Source: an uncultured Pseudomonadota bacterium
Lineage (GTDB): Bacteria; Myxococcota_A; Polyangia; Fen-1088
NCBI GenBank assembly: GCA_963847705.1
Contig: CAWKBC010000001.1
Span: forward strand, 166,265-230,264
Direction: 5' to 3'
DNA: 64,000 nucleotides
The position numbers were made by a program, and so were the translations under genes. Within the stretch, counting starts at the first letter, position 1. Each line of letters begins with the position of its first letter. The notes under the pieces were generated by a model. The model saw nothing but the letters and a program-made list of their open reading frames with translations, did not search any database and was not told the origin of the DNA. This document shows, one piece after another, positions 55,851 to 64,000 of this stretch.

Positions 55851-58331
55851 GTGAAAGATCGAAAGTGCTTCTCTCCCGTGGGGCTCGCCACGATGAACGG
55901 CCCCAGAACGCTGGCCTCCGGCGTCATGCTGGCGGCCTTGCTCGTCGGGTGCGGTGGCGGAGGTAGCTCGTCCGCGTCAGGAGGGACCAGCGGCGGAACG
56001 GGGACCGGCGGCACCGGCGGCACCTCGACGGGGGGCCAGGGCGCCGGCGGAAAAGGCGGCTCGGGCGGCGGCGAATCGACGGGAGGAGCGACAGGCACCG
56101 GAGGTGGCGCGGGCACTGGAGGCGCGACGGGCACCGGTGGCGCGACGGCCACGGGAGGCGCCGGGGCGGGAGCGGGCGGCGCTTCAGGGCGAGGCGGCGC
56201 CGCGGGGATCGGAAGCGGTGGGGTGGGCGGAATGACGTCCGCCACCGGCGGCAGCGGGACGGGCGGGCTGTCGGGGAGCGGTGGCGGGACGAGCAACGGG
56301 ACGTTCTATGTATCCCCGAGCGGCACCGGCAGCAGTTGCACCAGCGACGCGCCGTGCGCGATCACCGAGGCCCAGAGCGTCGTGCGGAGCGCAGCCGCCG
56401 TGATGGACGCGCCCATCGTCGTCAACCTGGCCGACGGCATCTATCGGCTCACCGCGCCTCTGGTCTTCACGGCGGCCGACTCGGGGCGGAACGGCCACAC
56501 CATCACCTGGCAAGCGGCGGCGGGCGCCCATCCCGTGCTCTCCGGTGGCAAGTCGATCACGGGGTGGACCGTCAGCGATTCCAGCAAGAACATCTGGAAG
56601 GCCTCGGCGCCGGCGACCTTCGCCACCCGGCAGCTGTACGTCGACGGCAAGATCGCCACGCGCGCGCGGTCCGCCTCGATCAGCCGCTCGAACATGACGC
56701 TCACCAGCAACGGCTGGACGTTCTCCAACAGCAGCCTCAGCTACTTGAACAACCTGGCCAATCCGGCCCGGGCGGAGCTGAACGTCATCGGATCGTGGAC
56801 CAACCGGTACTCGCCCATTCAGAGCGTCAAGAGCAACGCCGTGACGATGGCGCAGCCCGCCTGGGACCAGAACACCTGGGGCTACGACACCGTTCAGAGC
56901 CCCTACCGCCAGGGGCCCATCTACGCGGAGAACGACTACACCCTGCTCGATCAGCCGGGCGAGTGGTACCAGGACACGACCGCCGGCGTCCTCTACTACA
57001 TCCCGACGTCGGGGCAGGACCTCACCAAGGTCGATGTCGAGCTCCCGCAGCTGCAGCTGCTCCTCGTCGTCGGGGGCGCCTGCCCGTCGGGCGCGACGAA
57101 CGGCGTGGCCTGCGTCTCGCCGGCGGCGGGCAACCCCACCCAGGCCGTCGCCTACGCGGCGCCGGCAGGAGGCGATCCTTACGCCCAGCCCGCGCACGAT
57201 CTCGTCTTCAGCGGCCTGACCTTCTCGCACACCAGCTGGCTGGAGCCGAACACCGACGGATTTGCCGACCAGCAGACGGGCGGATTTCTCGTCGGTCCGA
57301 GGTCGAACTTCCCCGGCGGCGGCCAGACCCCCACGTTCGAGGCCGCCCGGCCACACTGGCTGCAGATGCCGGCCGCCGTCCAGGTCTCCGCCGCCAAGAA
57401 CATCTCCTTCCTGCGGGACCGGTTCGTCGACCTGGGCCAGGCGGCGCTGGGGATCGGCAACGACGTCAGCGCGCACGCGTCGGGCGTGGGTCTGGGGGCC
57501 AACGGCGTCACGGTGACCGGCTGCGTGTTCTCTCAGATCGCCGGCGGTGGAATCGTCGCCGGCGGCATCCAGGCCTGGGCGCACCATCCGTGCGGCGACA
57601 AGGTCTGCGCCTCCAGCGATCCGGGGTCGAACCTCATCAACCAGAACCTGACCATCACGGACAATCTCGTCCACGACGTCGGGATCGACTACCGAGACTT
57701 CGCGGGGATCATGTTCACCTACACGACCAGCGCCGTCGTCTCGCACAACGAGATCTACAACGTGCCGTATTCGGGGATCGCCACCGGATTGGGCTGGGGC
57801 ACCAACGACGCCGGCGGCAACAACGACTACAAGACGCGGTCCACCGGAGATCTCTATCTCTACCAGCCGCTCTACGCGAACCCGACCACCGCCAAGAACA
57901 ACACGGTCAGCGCCAACTACGTGCACCAGGCCATGCTCCAGATGAACGATGGCGGGTGTCACTACAACCTGGGATTTCAGCCAGGGACGGTCGTCACCGC
58001 GAACTACTGCGAAGGCAAGGGCTCCGGCCTGTCGGGGACCTACTGGGGCGAGTACAACGACGAAGGCTCCGCCTACATCACGGAGACCAAGAACGTGTAC
58101 GCGAACTTCGGTGCCTACGTGACCGCGAACGCCAACGCCGCCAACAACACGGGCCACATCACGTTCACCAACAACTGGGGAAGCTCGGCCAGCCCGGGGC
58201 TCAACGGTCCGGGCAACACCGTGTCGGGCAACGTGCAAATCAACGGGGACACTTTCCCCTCGGACGCCCAGACGATCGTCAACGCGGCCGGTCTCGAGGC
58301 GGCCTACGCCGATCTCAAGACCAATCCCTGA
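55851..58331 (+). CDS. Right-handed beta-helix glycoside hydrolase (GH141-like) lipoprotein
   Basis: GIYRL..PLVF..ADSG, RQLYVDG..RAR, LDQPGEWY, HNEIYNVPYSGI, NDGG..Y, DEGS; LVGC lipobox; alternative ATG at 55893. Confidence 0.75.
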   Translation: MKDRKCFSPVGLATMNGPRTLASGVMLAALLVGCGGGGSSSASGGTSGGTGTGGTGGTSTGGQGAGGKGGSGGGESTGGATGTGGGAGTGGATGTGGATATGGAGAGAGGASGRGGAAGIGSGGVGGMTSATGGSGTGGLSGSGGGTSNGTFYVSPSGTGSSCTSDAPCAITEAQSVVRSAAAVMDAPIVVNLADGIYRLTAPLVFTAADSGRNGHTITWQAAAGAHPVLSGGKSITGWTVSDSSKNIWKASAPATFATRQLYVDGKIATRARSASISRSNMTLTSNGWTFSNSSLSYLNNLANPARAELNVIGSWTNRYSPIQSVKSNAVTMAQPAWDQNTWGYDTVQSPYRQGPIYAENDYTLLDQPGEWYQDTTAGVLYYIPTSGQDLTKVDVELPQLQLLLVVGGACPSGATNGVACVSPAAGNPTQAVAYAAPAGGDPYAQPAHDLVFSGLTFSHTSWLEPNTDGFADQQTGGFLVGPRSNFPGGGQTPTFEAARPHWLQMPAAVQVSAAKNISFLRDRFVDLGQAALGIGNDVSAHASGVGLGANGVTVTGCVFSQIAGGGIVAGGIQAWAHHPCGDKVCASSDPGSNLINQNLTITDNLVHDVGIDYRDFAGIMFTYTTSAVVSHNEIYNVPYSGIATGLGWGTNDAGGNNDYKTRSTGDLYLYQPLYANPTTAKNNTVSANYVHQAMLQMNDGGCHYNLGFQPGTVVTANYCEGKGSGLSGTYWGEYNDEGSAYITETKNVYANFGAYVTANANAANNTGHITFTNNWGSSASPGLNGPGNTVSGNVQINGDTFPSDAQTIVNAAGLEAAYADLKTNP

Positions 58332-58356
58332 ATTTTTCGAAGACGGAGAACGACAA

Positions 58357-59781
58357 GTGATCCAGACGAATCGACGCGTTGCTGGTGGCTGGCGCTTTCG
58401 AGCGCCGGTCTGTTTCCTCTCCTTGCTTCTCCTGGGGGCGGTCGCCTGCAGCGCGAGCTCCGGCGGCTCCGGCGCGGGAGGCGGTCCGGGGAGCGGAGGG
58501 GAGACCGCGACCGGCGGAGCCGGCGCAACAGGCGGTGCGCCTGGCACGGGAGGCACGACGCAAACTGGAGGTGCGACCGGCACCGGCGGTCTGACTGGTT
58601 CCGGCGGTATCACCGGACGCGGGGGAACGACGAGCACGGGCGGAGCAACGGCCACGGGTGGGGCCACCAGCACCGGCGGCGCGACGAGCATGGGTGGGAC
58701 AATCGGGACGGGTGGTGCAATCGGCACGGGCGGCGTGACGGGTTCTGGCGGGGTGACCGGCTCGGGCGGCAGCGGGGGCAAAGGAGGCGCCGCAACCGGC
58801 GGCTCCGGCCCTGGCGGTACGACGGGCAGCGGCGGGGCCGCGGGCGCTGGTTCCGTGATGTCGAGCGCGGGCTGCGGCAAGACCTCGACGCTGACGTTCG
58901 GGATGGTTCCGGGCGAGAGCGCGAACGCGGCTGCTGGGTCGGGGAACGGCGTCGGCCATGGCGACGGCGGCTACGTGACGCTCACGGACTCGAACGCCGG
59001 GGGGACGCGGGGCTTCGCCATGAGGCTGCCCGACAACTACGACAAGAACAAACCCTACTGGTTGATCTTCGGGTTCCACTGGAACGGCGGCAACTCCGCC
59101 CAGGTCGACAACGGTGGCGGCAATGGCACCTGGTGGTCCTATTACGGGCTCCAGCGAGAGTCGAACAGCAATGCGATCTTCGTGGCGCCCGACGGGCTGA
59201 GCGCCGGCTGGGCCAACACCGGCGGACGAGACCTGGCCTTCGCCGACGACATGGTCAAGCTGATCGAAGACAACTACTGCGTCGACACCGCGCACATCAT
59301 CACCTCGGGTTTCAGCTACGGCGGCGGCATGAGCTATGAGCTGGCCTGCGCCCGCGCTAAGGTCTTCCATGCGGCCGTCATCTACGAAGGCGGGCAGCTG
59401 AGCGGATGCGACGGGGGCAACGACCCGATCGCGCTCTGGCAGACCGAAGGCCTCACGGACACCACCGTGTCGATGAGCCTGGCCACGCCCATCCGCGACC
59501 GGTTCGTGAAGAACAACGGCTGCACGCAGGAGAATCCGCCCCAGCCGCCCGAACCTCCCCCCTATTTGAATCCGGGCGGGCATGTCTGCACCAACTACTC
59601 CGGTTGTTCGAGCGGGCACCCGGTTCGCTGGTGCGTTCATCAGTCGGGTCACGCGCCCGGTCCGGTGGACGGAACCTCGGACCTCTACAACTCGTGCGCG
59701 ACGCCGCCCAAGAGCTGCTCGGCGTCCTGTCCTTGCACCTGGACCCCGGACGACGTCTGGTCCTGGTTGACGTCGTTTTGA
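58357..59781 (+). CDS. LpqC/PHB-depolymerase-like (CE1 feruloyl-esterase-like) lipoprotein
   Basis: LIFGFHW, FVAPDG, GFSYGG intact, GLTD, SGH; AVAC lipobox. Confidence 0.82.
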   Translation: MIQTNRRVAGGWRFRAPVCFLSLLLLGAVACSASSGGSGAGGGPGSGGETATGGAGATGGAPGTGGTTQTGGATGTGGLTGSGGITGRGGTTSTGGATATGGATSTGGATSMGGTIGTGGAIGTGGVTGSGGVTGSGGSGGKGGAATGGSGPGGTTGSGGAAGAGSVMSSAGCGKTSTLTFGMVPGESANAAAGSGNGVGHGDGGYVTLTDSNAGGTRGFAMRLPDNYDKNKPYWLIFGFHWNGGNSAQVDNGGGNGTWWSYYGLQRESNSNAIFVAPDGLSAGWANTGGRDLAFADDMVKLIEDNYCVDTAHIITSGFSYGGGMSYELACARAKVFHAAVIYEGGQLSGCDGGNDPIALWQTEGLTDTTVSMSLATPIRDRFVKNNGCTQENPPQPPEPPPYLNPGGHVCTNYSGCSSGHPVRWCVHQSGHAPGPVDGTSDLYNSCATPPKSCSASCPCTWTPDDVWSWLTSF

Positions 59782-59827
59782 ACCGACGCTGCGCGCCGGC
59801 CTCGTTTTCGAGGACTGCCGGGATGCG

Positions 59828-59854
59828 TGACAAGATCGCCCGGAGTCCGTCAAT
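59828..59854 (+). promoter_or_regulatory. Putative promoter TGACAA-N15-GTCAAT, 7 nt before in-frame GTG 59862
   Basis: Recurring motif. Confidence 0.55.
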
Positions 59855-59861
59855 AACTGCC

Positions 59862-61724
59862 GTGACCTCCAGCTCCTCGTCGCCCGCCCTCGGCCGAACT
59901 GTCCGCTCTGCCGCCCGGTTGCGGGCCGGCCTTCGCAAGAGGTGGCGATCGATGGCCCGGGGGGTCGTTCTCGCTCTCGGGCTGACGCCGGCCGCGGCGC
60001 ATTCGGCCACCCTGCTGAACGTGGACCTCTCGACCACCGTCAGGCCGGTGACTCACGTGGCCAGCGGCTCGCTCTACGGCGCGCTGGAGACCCAGCCGGC
60101 GGACGTCAACGGACTCATCGCCCCGCTGCACCCGAACGTCTTCAACAACCCCGCCGCCGACGTCCAGCAACCGATCGGCGACGCCATCGTGGTGGCGGGC
60201 CGGGTCGCCCCGCTCGGCGCGCGGGTCAGCATTCGTCTGGCCGACTGGTTCCCGAGCTGGCCGTACGCCTTCACCAGCATGACCGACTGGTTCAACAAGC
60301 TCGGTCAGACGGTGTCGCGGCGGAAGTCGGCCAACCTGACCAACATCTACGCCTACGAGATCTGGAACGAGCCCGACGGGACCTGGAAGAGCACCAGCCT
60401 GGCGTTCAACGACTTCTGGCAGCAGACCTACGCCCAGCTGCGCCAGCTCGATCCCACCATCAAGATCACCGGTCCCTCCACGTCGTACTACAACCAGTCG
60501 TTCATCCAGAGCTTGCTGTCGTACTGCAAGACCAACAACTGCCTGCCGGACATCGTCGGCTGGCACGAGCTGAGCGGCGGCAACGTGACCGGGAACATCC
60601 AGGCCTACCGGAGCCTCGAGAAGCAGCTCGGAATCGGTCCGCTGCCCATCACCATCAACGAATACAGCGGCGCCGCCGATCTCACCGTCGAGGGGCAGCC
60701 GGGCGCGTCGGCGTCGCTGATCGCCAAGTTCGAGCGGCTGGGCGTCGACAGCGCCTGCATCTCGTTCTGGGACGTGAGCCATCCCGGACGGCTCGGGAGC
60801 TTGCTCGCCACCAACACCGACACCAACGGCGGATGGTGGTTCTACAAGTGGTACGGCGACATGGCCGGGAACATGGTGTCGACGACGCCAGCCACCCCCT
60901 CGAACAGCGCGGACCTGGACGGCTTCGCCAACCTGGACGGCACCGGCAAGAGCGCCAGCGTCCTGTTCGGCGGCGTCAACGACGGCTCGGTCCAGGTGGT
61001 CATCAAGGGTTTCAGCGCGAGCGCCATCTTCGGCTCGACCGTGCACGTGGTCGTCGAGCACACGCCGTTCGCGAATCGCACGACGGTCGTCAAGGCGACC
61101 GACACGGTGTCGACGGCGAACGTCGCCGTCGCCAACGACCAGATCACGGTGTCGGTCGCCAGCACCAACAACAGCGACGGCTATCGAATCACCCTGACGC
61201 CGGTGGGGGGTGGTGCGGGCGGCAGCAGTGGGGCCGCGGGCGCCGCCGGTGCGGGTGGAAAAGGGGGCGCCGGTGGCTTGGCACAATCGACCGGCTCAGG
61301 TGGCTCGGGTGGCGGGGCGGGCCGCAACGGGACAGGCGGCCTCTCGGGCTCGGGGGGTGGCGTGGGGACGGGCGGCCGCTCCGGAACGGGGACCGGCGGC
61401 AGCGGTGGGACCGCGGGGATGAGCGGCACCGGCGGAGAATCGGGGACCGGCGGCTCGCTTTCGGGCGCCGGAGGCGGCGGTGCGATGCCGGGGTCGGGCG
61501 GAAGCGGCACCGGCGGTCAGGTCGGCGGAGAAGGGGGCGTCGGTGCAGAGACGGGCGGCACGACCGGGGAGGGCGGGACCTCGTCAACGTCGAGCGGCGA
61601 CAGCGCGTCGGGTTGCTCGTGCGCCGTGGGTGAGGCGCCCCCGTGGGCGACCACGCTGAACCTCGTCATCGCCGTCGGCCTCCTGGCGGGTTTGCGCTTC
61701 CGGCGCCGCAGGCGCGCCCGGTAA
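59862..61724 (+). CDS. Clan GH-A (GH39-like) hydrolase + Gly linker + MYXO-CTERM
   Basis: HVASGSLYG, YEIWNEPD, ITINEY; tail SGCSCAV..TM..RRRRR; alternative start ATG 59952. Confidence 0.78.
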   Translation: MTSSSSSPALGRTVRSAARLRAGLRKRWRSMARGVVLALGLTPAAAHSATLLNVDLSTTVRPVTHVASGSLYGALETQPADVNGLIAPLHPNVFNNPAADVQQPIGDAIVVAGRVAPLGARVSIRLADWFPSWPYAFTSMTDWFNKLGQTVSRRKSANLTNIYAYEIWNEPDGTWKSTSLAFNDFWQQTYAQLRQLDPTIKITGPSTSYYNQSFIQSLLSYCKTNNCLPDIVGWHELSGGNVTGNIQAYRSLEKQLGIGPLPITINEYSGAADLTVEGQPGASASLIAKFERLGVDSACISFWDVSHPGRLGSLLATNTDTNGGWWFYKWYGDMAGNMVSTTPATPSNSADLDGFANLDGTGKSASVLFGGVNDGSVQVVIKGFSASAIFGSTVHVVVEHTPFANRTTVVKATDTVSTANVAVANDQITVSVASTNNSDGYRITLTPVGGGAGGSSGAAGAAGAGGKGGAGGLAQSTGSGGSGGGAGRNGTGGLSGSGGGVGTGGRSGTGTGGSGGTAGMSGTGGESGTGGSLSGAGGGGAMPGSGGSGTGGQVGGEGGVGAETGGTTGEGGTSSTSSGDSASGCSCAVGEAPPWATTLNLVIAVGLLAGLRFRRRRRAR

Positions 61725-61785
61725 CGCATCCCACATCGCCGAAGCGGTCGGCGGCGTGCGCGAGAAATCCAACTCGTTTTCTTCT

Positions 61786-61810
61786 CAACATTGACTGGCC
61801 CCGAAGCAGT
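61786..61810 (+). promoter_or_regulatory. Putative promoter CAACAT-N13-AGCAGT, 7 nt before in-frame GTG 61818
   Basis: Recurring motif. Confidence 0.5.
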
Positions 61811-61817
61811 TGAGGGT

Positions 61818-64000
61818 GTGAATACAACCGACGAATCTTTGAGCTGCGCATCACACGCGCGCGGGACGACCTCGACGCGCCGGCGCATCCTCATCCGACA
61901 CGGGGCGGCGCTCATCTTGTCCGCGGCCCTTCTGAACGCCTGCGCTGACGGGACTGGGGGCGGACAGACCACCGGAAGCGGAGGCACCGGCACGGGAGGC
62001 AGCGCCTCCGGCGGTCGGTCGGGGACTGGCGGTGGTGAACCGGGGACAGGGGGCGCTGCCTCGGGCGGTGTGTCGGGGACCGGTGGCCGCGGGTCGGGGG
62101 AACCTCCGGCGCCGCCGGATTTGGCGGTCAGCTCGGCGCCACCGGCGGTGGCAACGGAAGCGGTGGCGTGACGGGCTCTGGAGGCATCGGCACCGGTGGC
62201 CAGGCGGGCAAGGGGACCGGCGGAGCGGCCGGGTCCGGCTCCGGGACTGGTGGCACCGGGGGCGGGGGCGGTTCCACGTCCACGGCGGCCGGTCTGGTGA
62301 ACACCTACGACGGTGCGCGATCGACCACGGTCAGCTTCGACGCCGCCTGGAAGTTCCACCTGGGCGACGTGACCGGCGCGCAGGCCACCACGTTCGACGA
62401 TTCGTCGTGGACGGGCCTGGACGTGCCCCACGACTGGAGCATCTCATTGCCGTTCACCCAGAGCTCGCCGGCCGGTAGTGGCGGCGGATACCTCAACGGC
62501 GGTCAGGGCTGGTATCGGAAGACCTTCACGTTGCCCGCCTCGAGCTCGGGGCAGAAGGTCTTCATTCAGTTCGACGGCGTCTACATGGACAGCACCGTCT
62601 ACCTCAACGGCACGCAGGTCGGCGCCCGTCCTTACGGGTTCTCCTCCTTCGAGTGTGACCTGACGGCCGCCGCCAAGTTCGGCGGCTCGAACGTCCTCGC
62701 TGTCCGGGTCAACAACCAGCAGCCGAGCAGCCGCTGGTATTCGGGGAGCGGCATCTACCGGCACACCTGGCTCAAGACGGTGAACCCGGTGCGCGTGGCC
62801 TACACCGGCACGGCGGTGACGACGCCGCAGGTCTCGAGCACGAGCGCCACCGTGGACATCGCCGTGACGGTCCAGAACGACAGTTCCAGCGCCCAATCGG
62901 TCACGGTGGCCAGCTCGGTCGGCGACCCCACCGGGACCGAGGTCGGCGCGGCGTCGTCGCCGGCCACCTCGGTCGCCGCGGGGAAGACCGCCACCGTGAC
63001 GCAAACCGTGACCGTCTCCAATCCCAAGCTGTGGTCGGTCTCGTCGCCGAACCTGTACTCGGTGATCACCACCGTGTCCGCCGGCGGCAACGTCGTCGAC
63101 ACCTACACGACGCCGTTCGGGATCCGGACCTTCGCGTTCAGCGCCACCAGCGGCTTCACGCTGAACGGCGCCGCCGTGAAGCTCAACGGCACGTGCGACC
63201 ACCACGATATGGGCTCGCTGGGCGCCGCGGTCAACAACCGTGGGATCCAGAAGCACCTGGAGATGCTCAAGAGCATGGGCGTGAACGCGCTACGAACGTC
63301 CCACAACCCGCCCGCGCCGGAGCTGCTCGACATGGCCGACCGGCATGGGCTTCCTGGTGATGGACGAGGCGTTCGACTGCTGGGACCAGGCCAAGAACCC
63401 GTACGACTACGCGCGGTTCTTCAGCCAGTGGTCGAAGACGGACATCGGCGACATGGTGGCCCGCGACCGCAACCACCCCGGGATCATCATCTGGAGCATC
63501 GGCAACGAGATCCAGGACAACAACAACACCACCATCGCGGCCTCGCTCATCTCGGCCGTCAAGGCCAAGGACAGCACGCGCGCGATCGGCCAGGCGTACG
63601 CGGAGGCCGCCCCGGCGCCCAGGTCGCGGCCATGGAAGACGTCGTGGGGCTCAACTACGCGCCGTACAGCTATGACGGCACGCACTCGAGCAACCCCAGC
63701 TGGAAATTCTTCGCCAGCGAGTCGTCGTCCGCCGTCCGGAGCCGCGGCGTCTACAAGACGCCGGTGACGACGAACATCCTGTCGGGGAGCGACAACCAGT
63801 GCTCGTCGTACGACAACAGCGTGGTCTCCTGGGGCACCAGCGCGGAGGGCTCCTGGTCCAGCGTCAACACGCGGGCCTTCATCGCCGGCGAGTTCATCTG
63901 GACCGGCTGGGACTACATCGGCGAGCCGACCCCTTACGGCTGGCCGTCGAAGAGCTCGTACTTCGGCGCCATCTACACCGCGGGCTTCCCGAAGGACATC
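61818..64000 (+). CDS. GH2 beta-galactosidase-like lipoprotein (partial; three apparent frameshifts near 62100, 63344 and 63612)
   Basis: LNAC lipobox, Gly linker, FDAAWKF, VPHDW, GWYRKTF, RWYSGSGIYR, RTSHNP, RNHP..WSIGNE, FIWTGWDYIGEP across frames. Confidence 0.85.

Overview
High-GC window, most likely from a Myxococcota (Polyangia-like) genome, inferred from MYXO-CTERM tails, Cys-rich lipoproteins and an ECF sigma expansion. It is a dense island for plant-polysaccharide (hemicellulose/arabinoxylan) degradation. It holds about 19 glycoside hydrolase genes (GH27, GH10, GH11, GH16, GH29, 2x GH30, GH31, 2x GH39-like, GH43, GH44, 6x GH54, GH141-like, GH2) and several esterases. Nearly all are surface-tethered through long Gly/Thr/Ser linkers, either as lipoproteins or via MYXO-CTERM. 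Five ECF sigma/anti-sigma pairs are interspersed. They recur in four clusters with a two-domain outer-membrane beta-barrel-like protein and a lipoprotein that looks like a catalytically dead enzyme (nucleoside-hydrolase fold, or an esterase lacking its Ser/His). This is a candidate undescribed, TonB-independent cell-surface signalling system. A bipartite motif (xACA[A/T]-N13-15-G[A/G]CA[G/A]T-like) lies upstream of about 24 genes, and in about 15 cases sits 6-8 nt before an in-frame start codon, suggesting a leaderless regulon. A GEMM-I (c-di-GMP-I class) riboswitch precedes a repeat/ricin-lectin lipoprotein. No rRNA, tRNA, CRISPR or mobile element was seen. All family calls come from manual motif recognition, not database searches.
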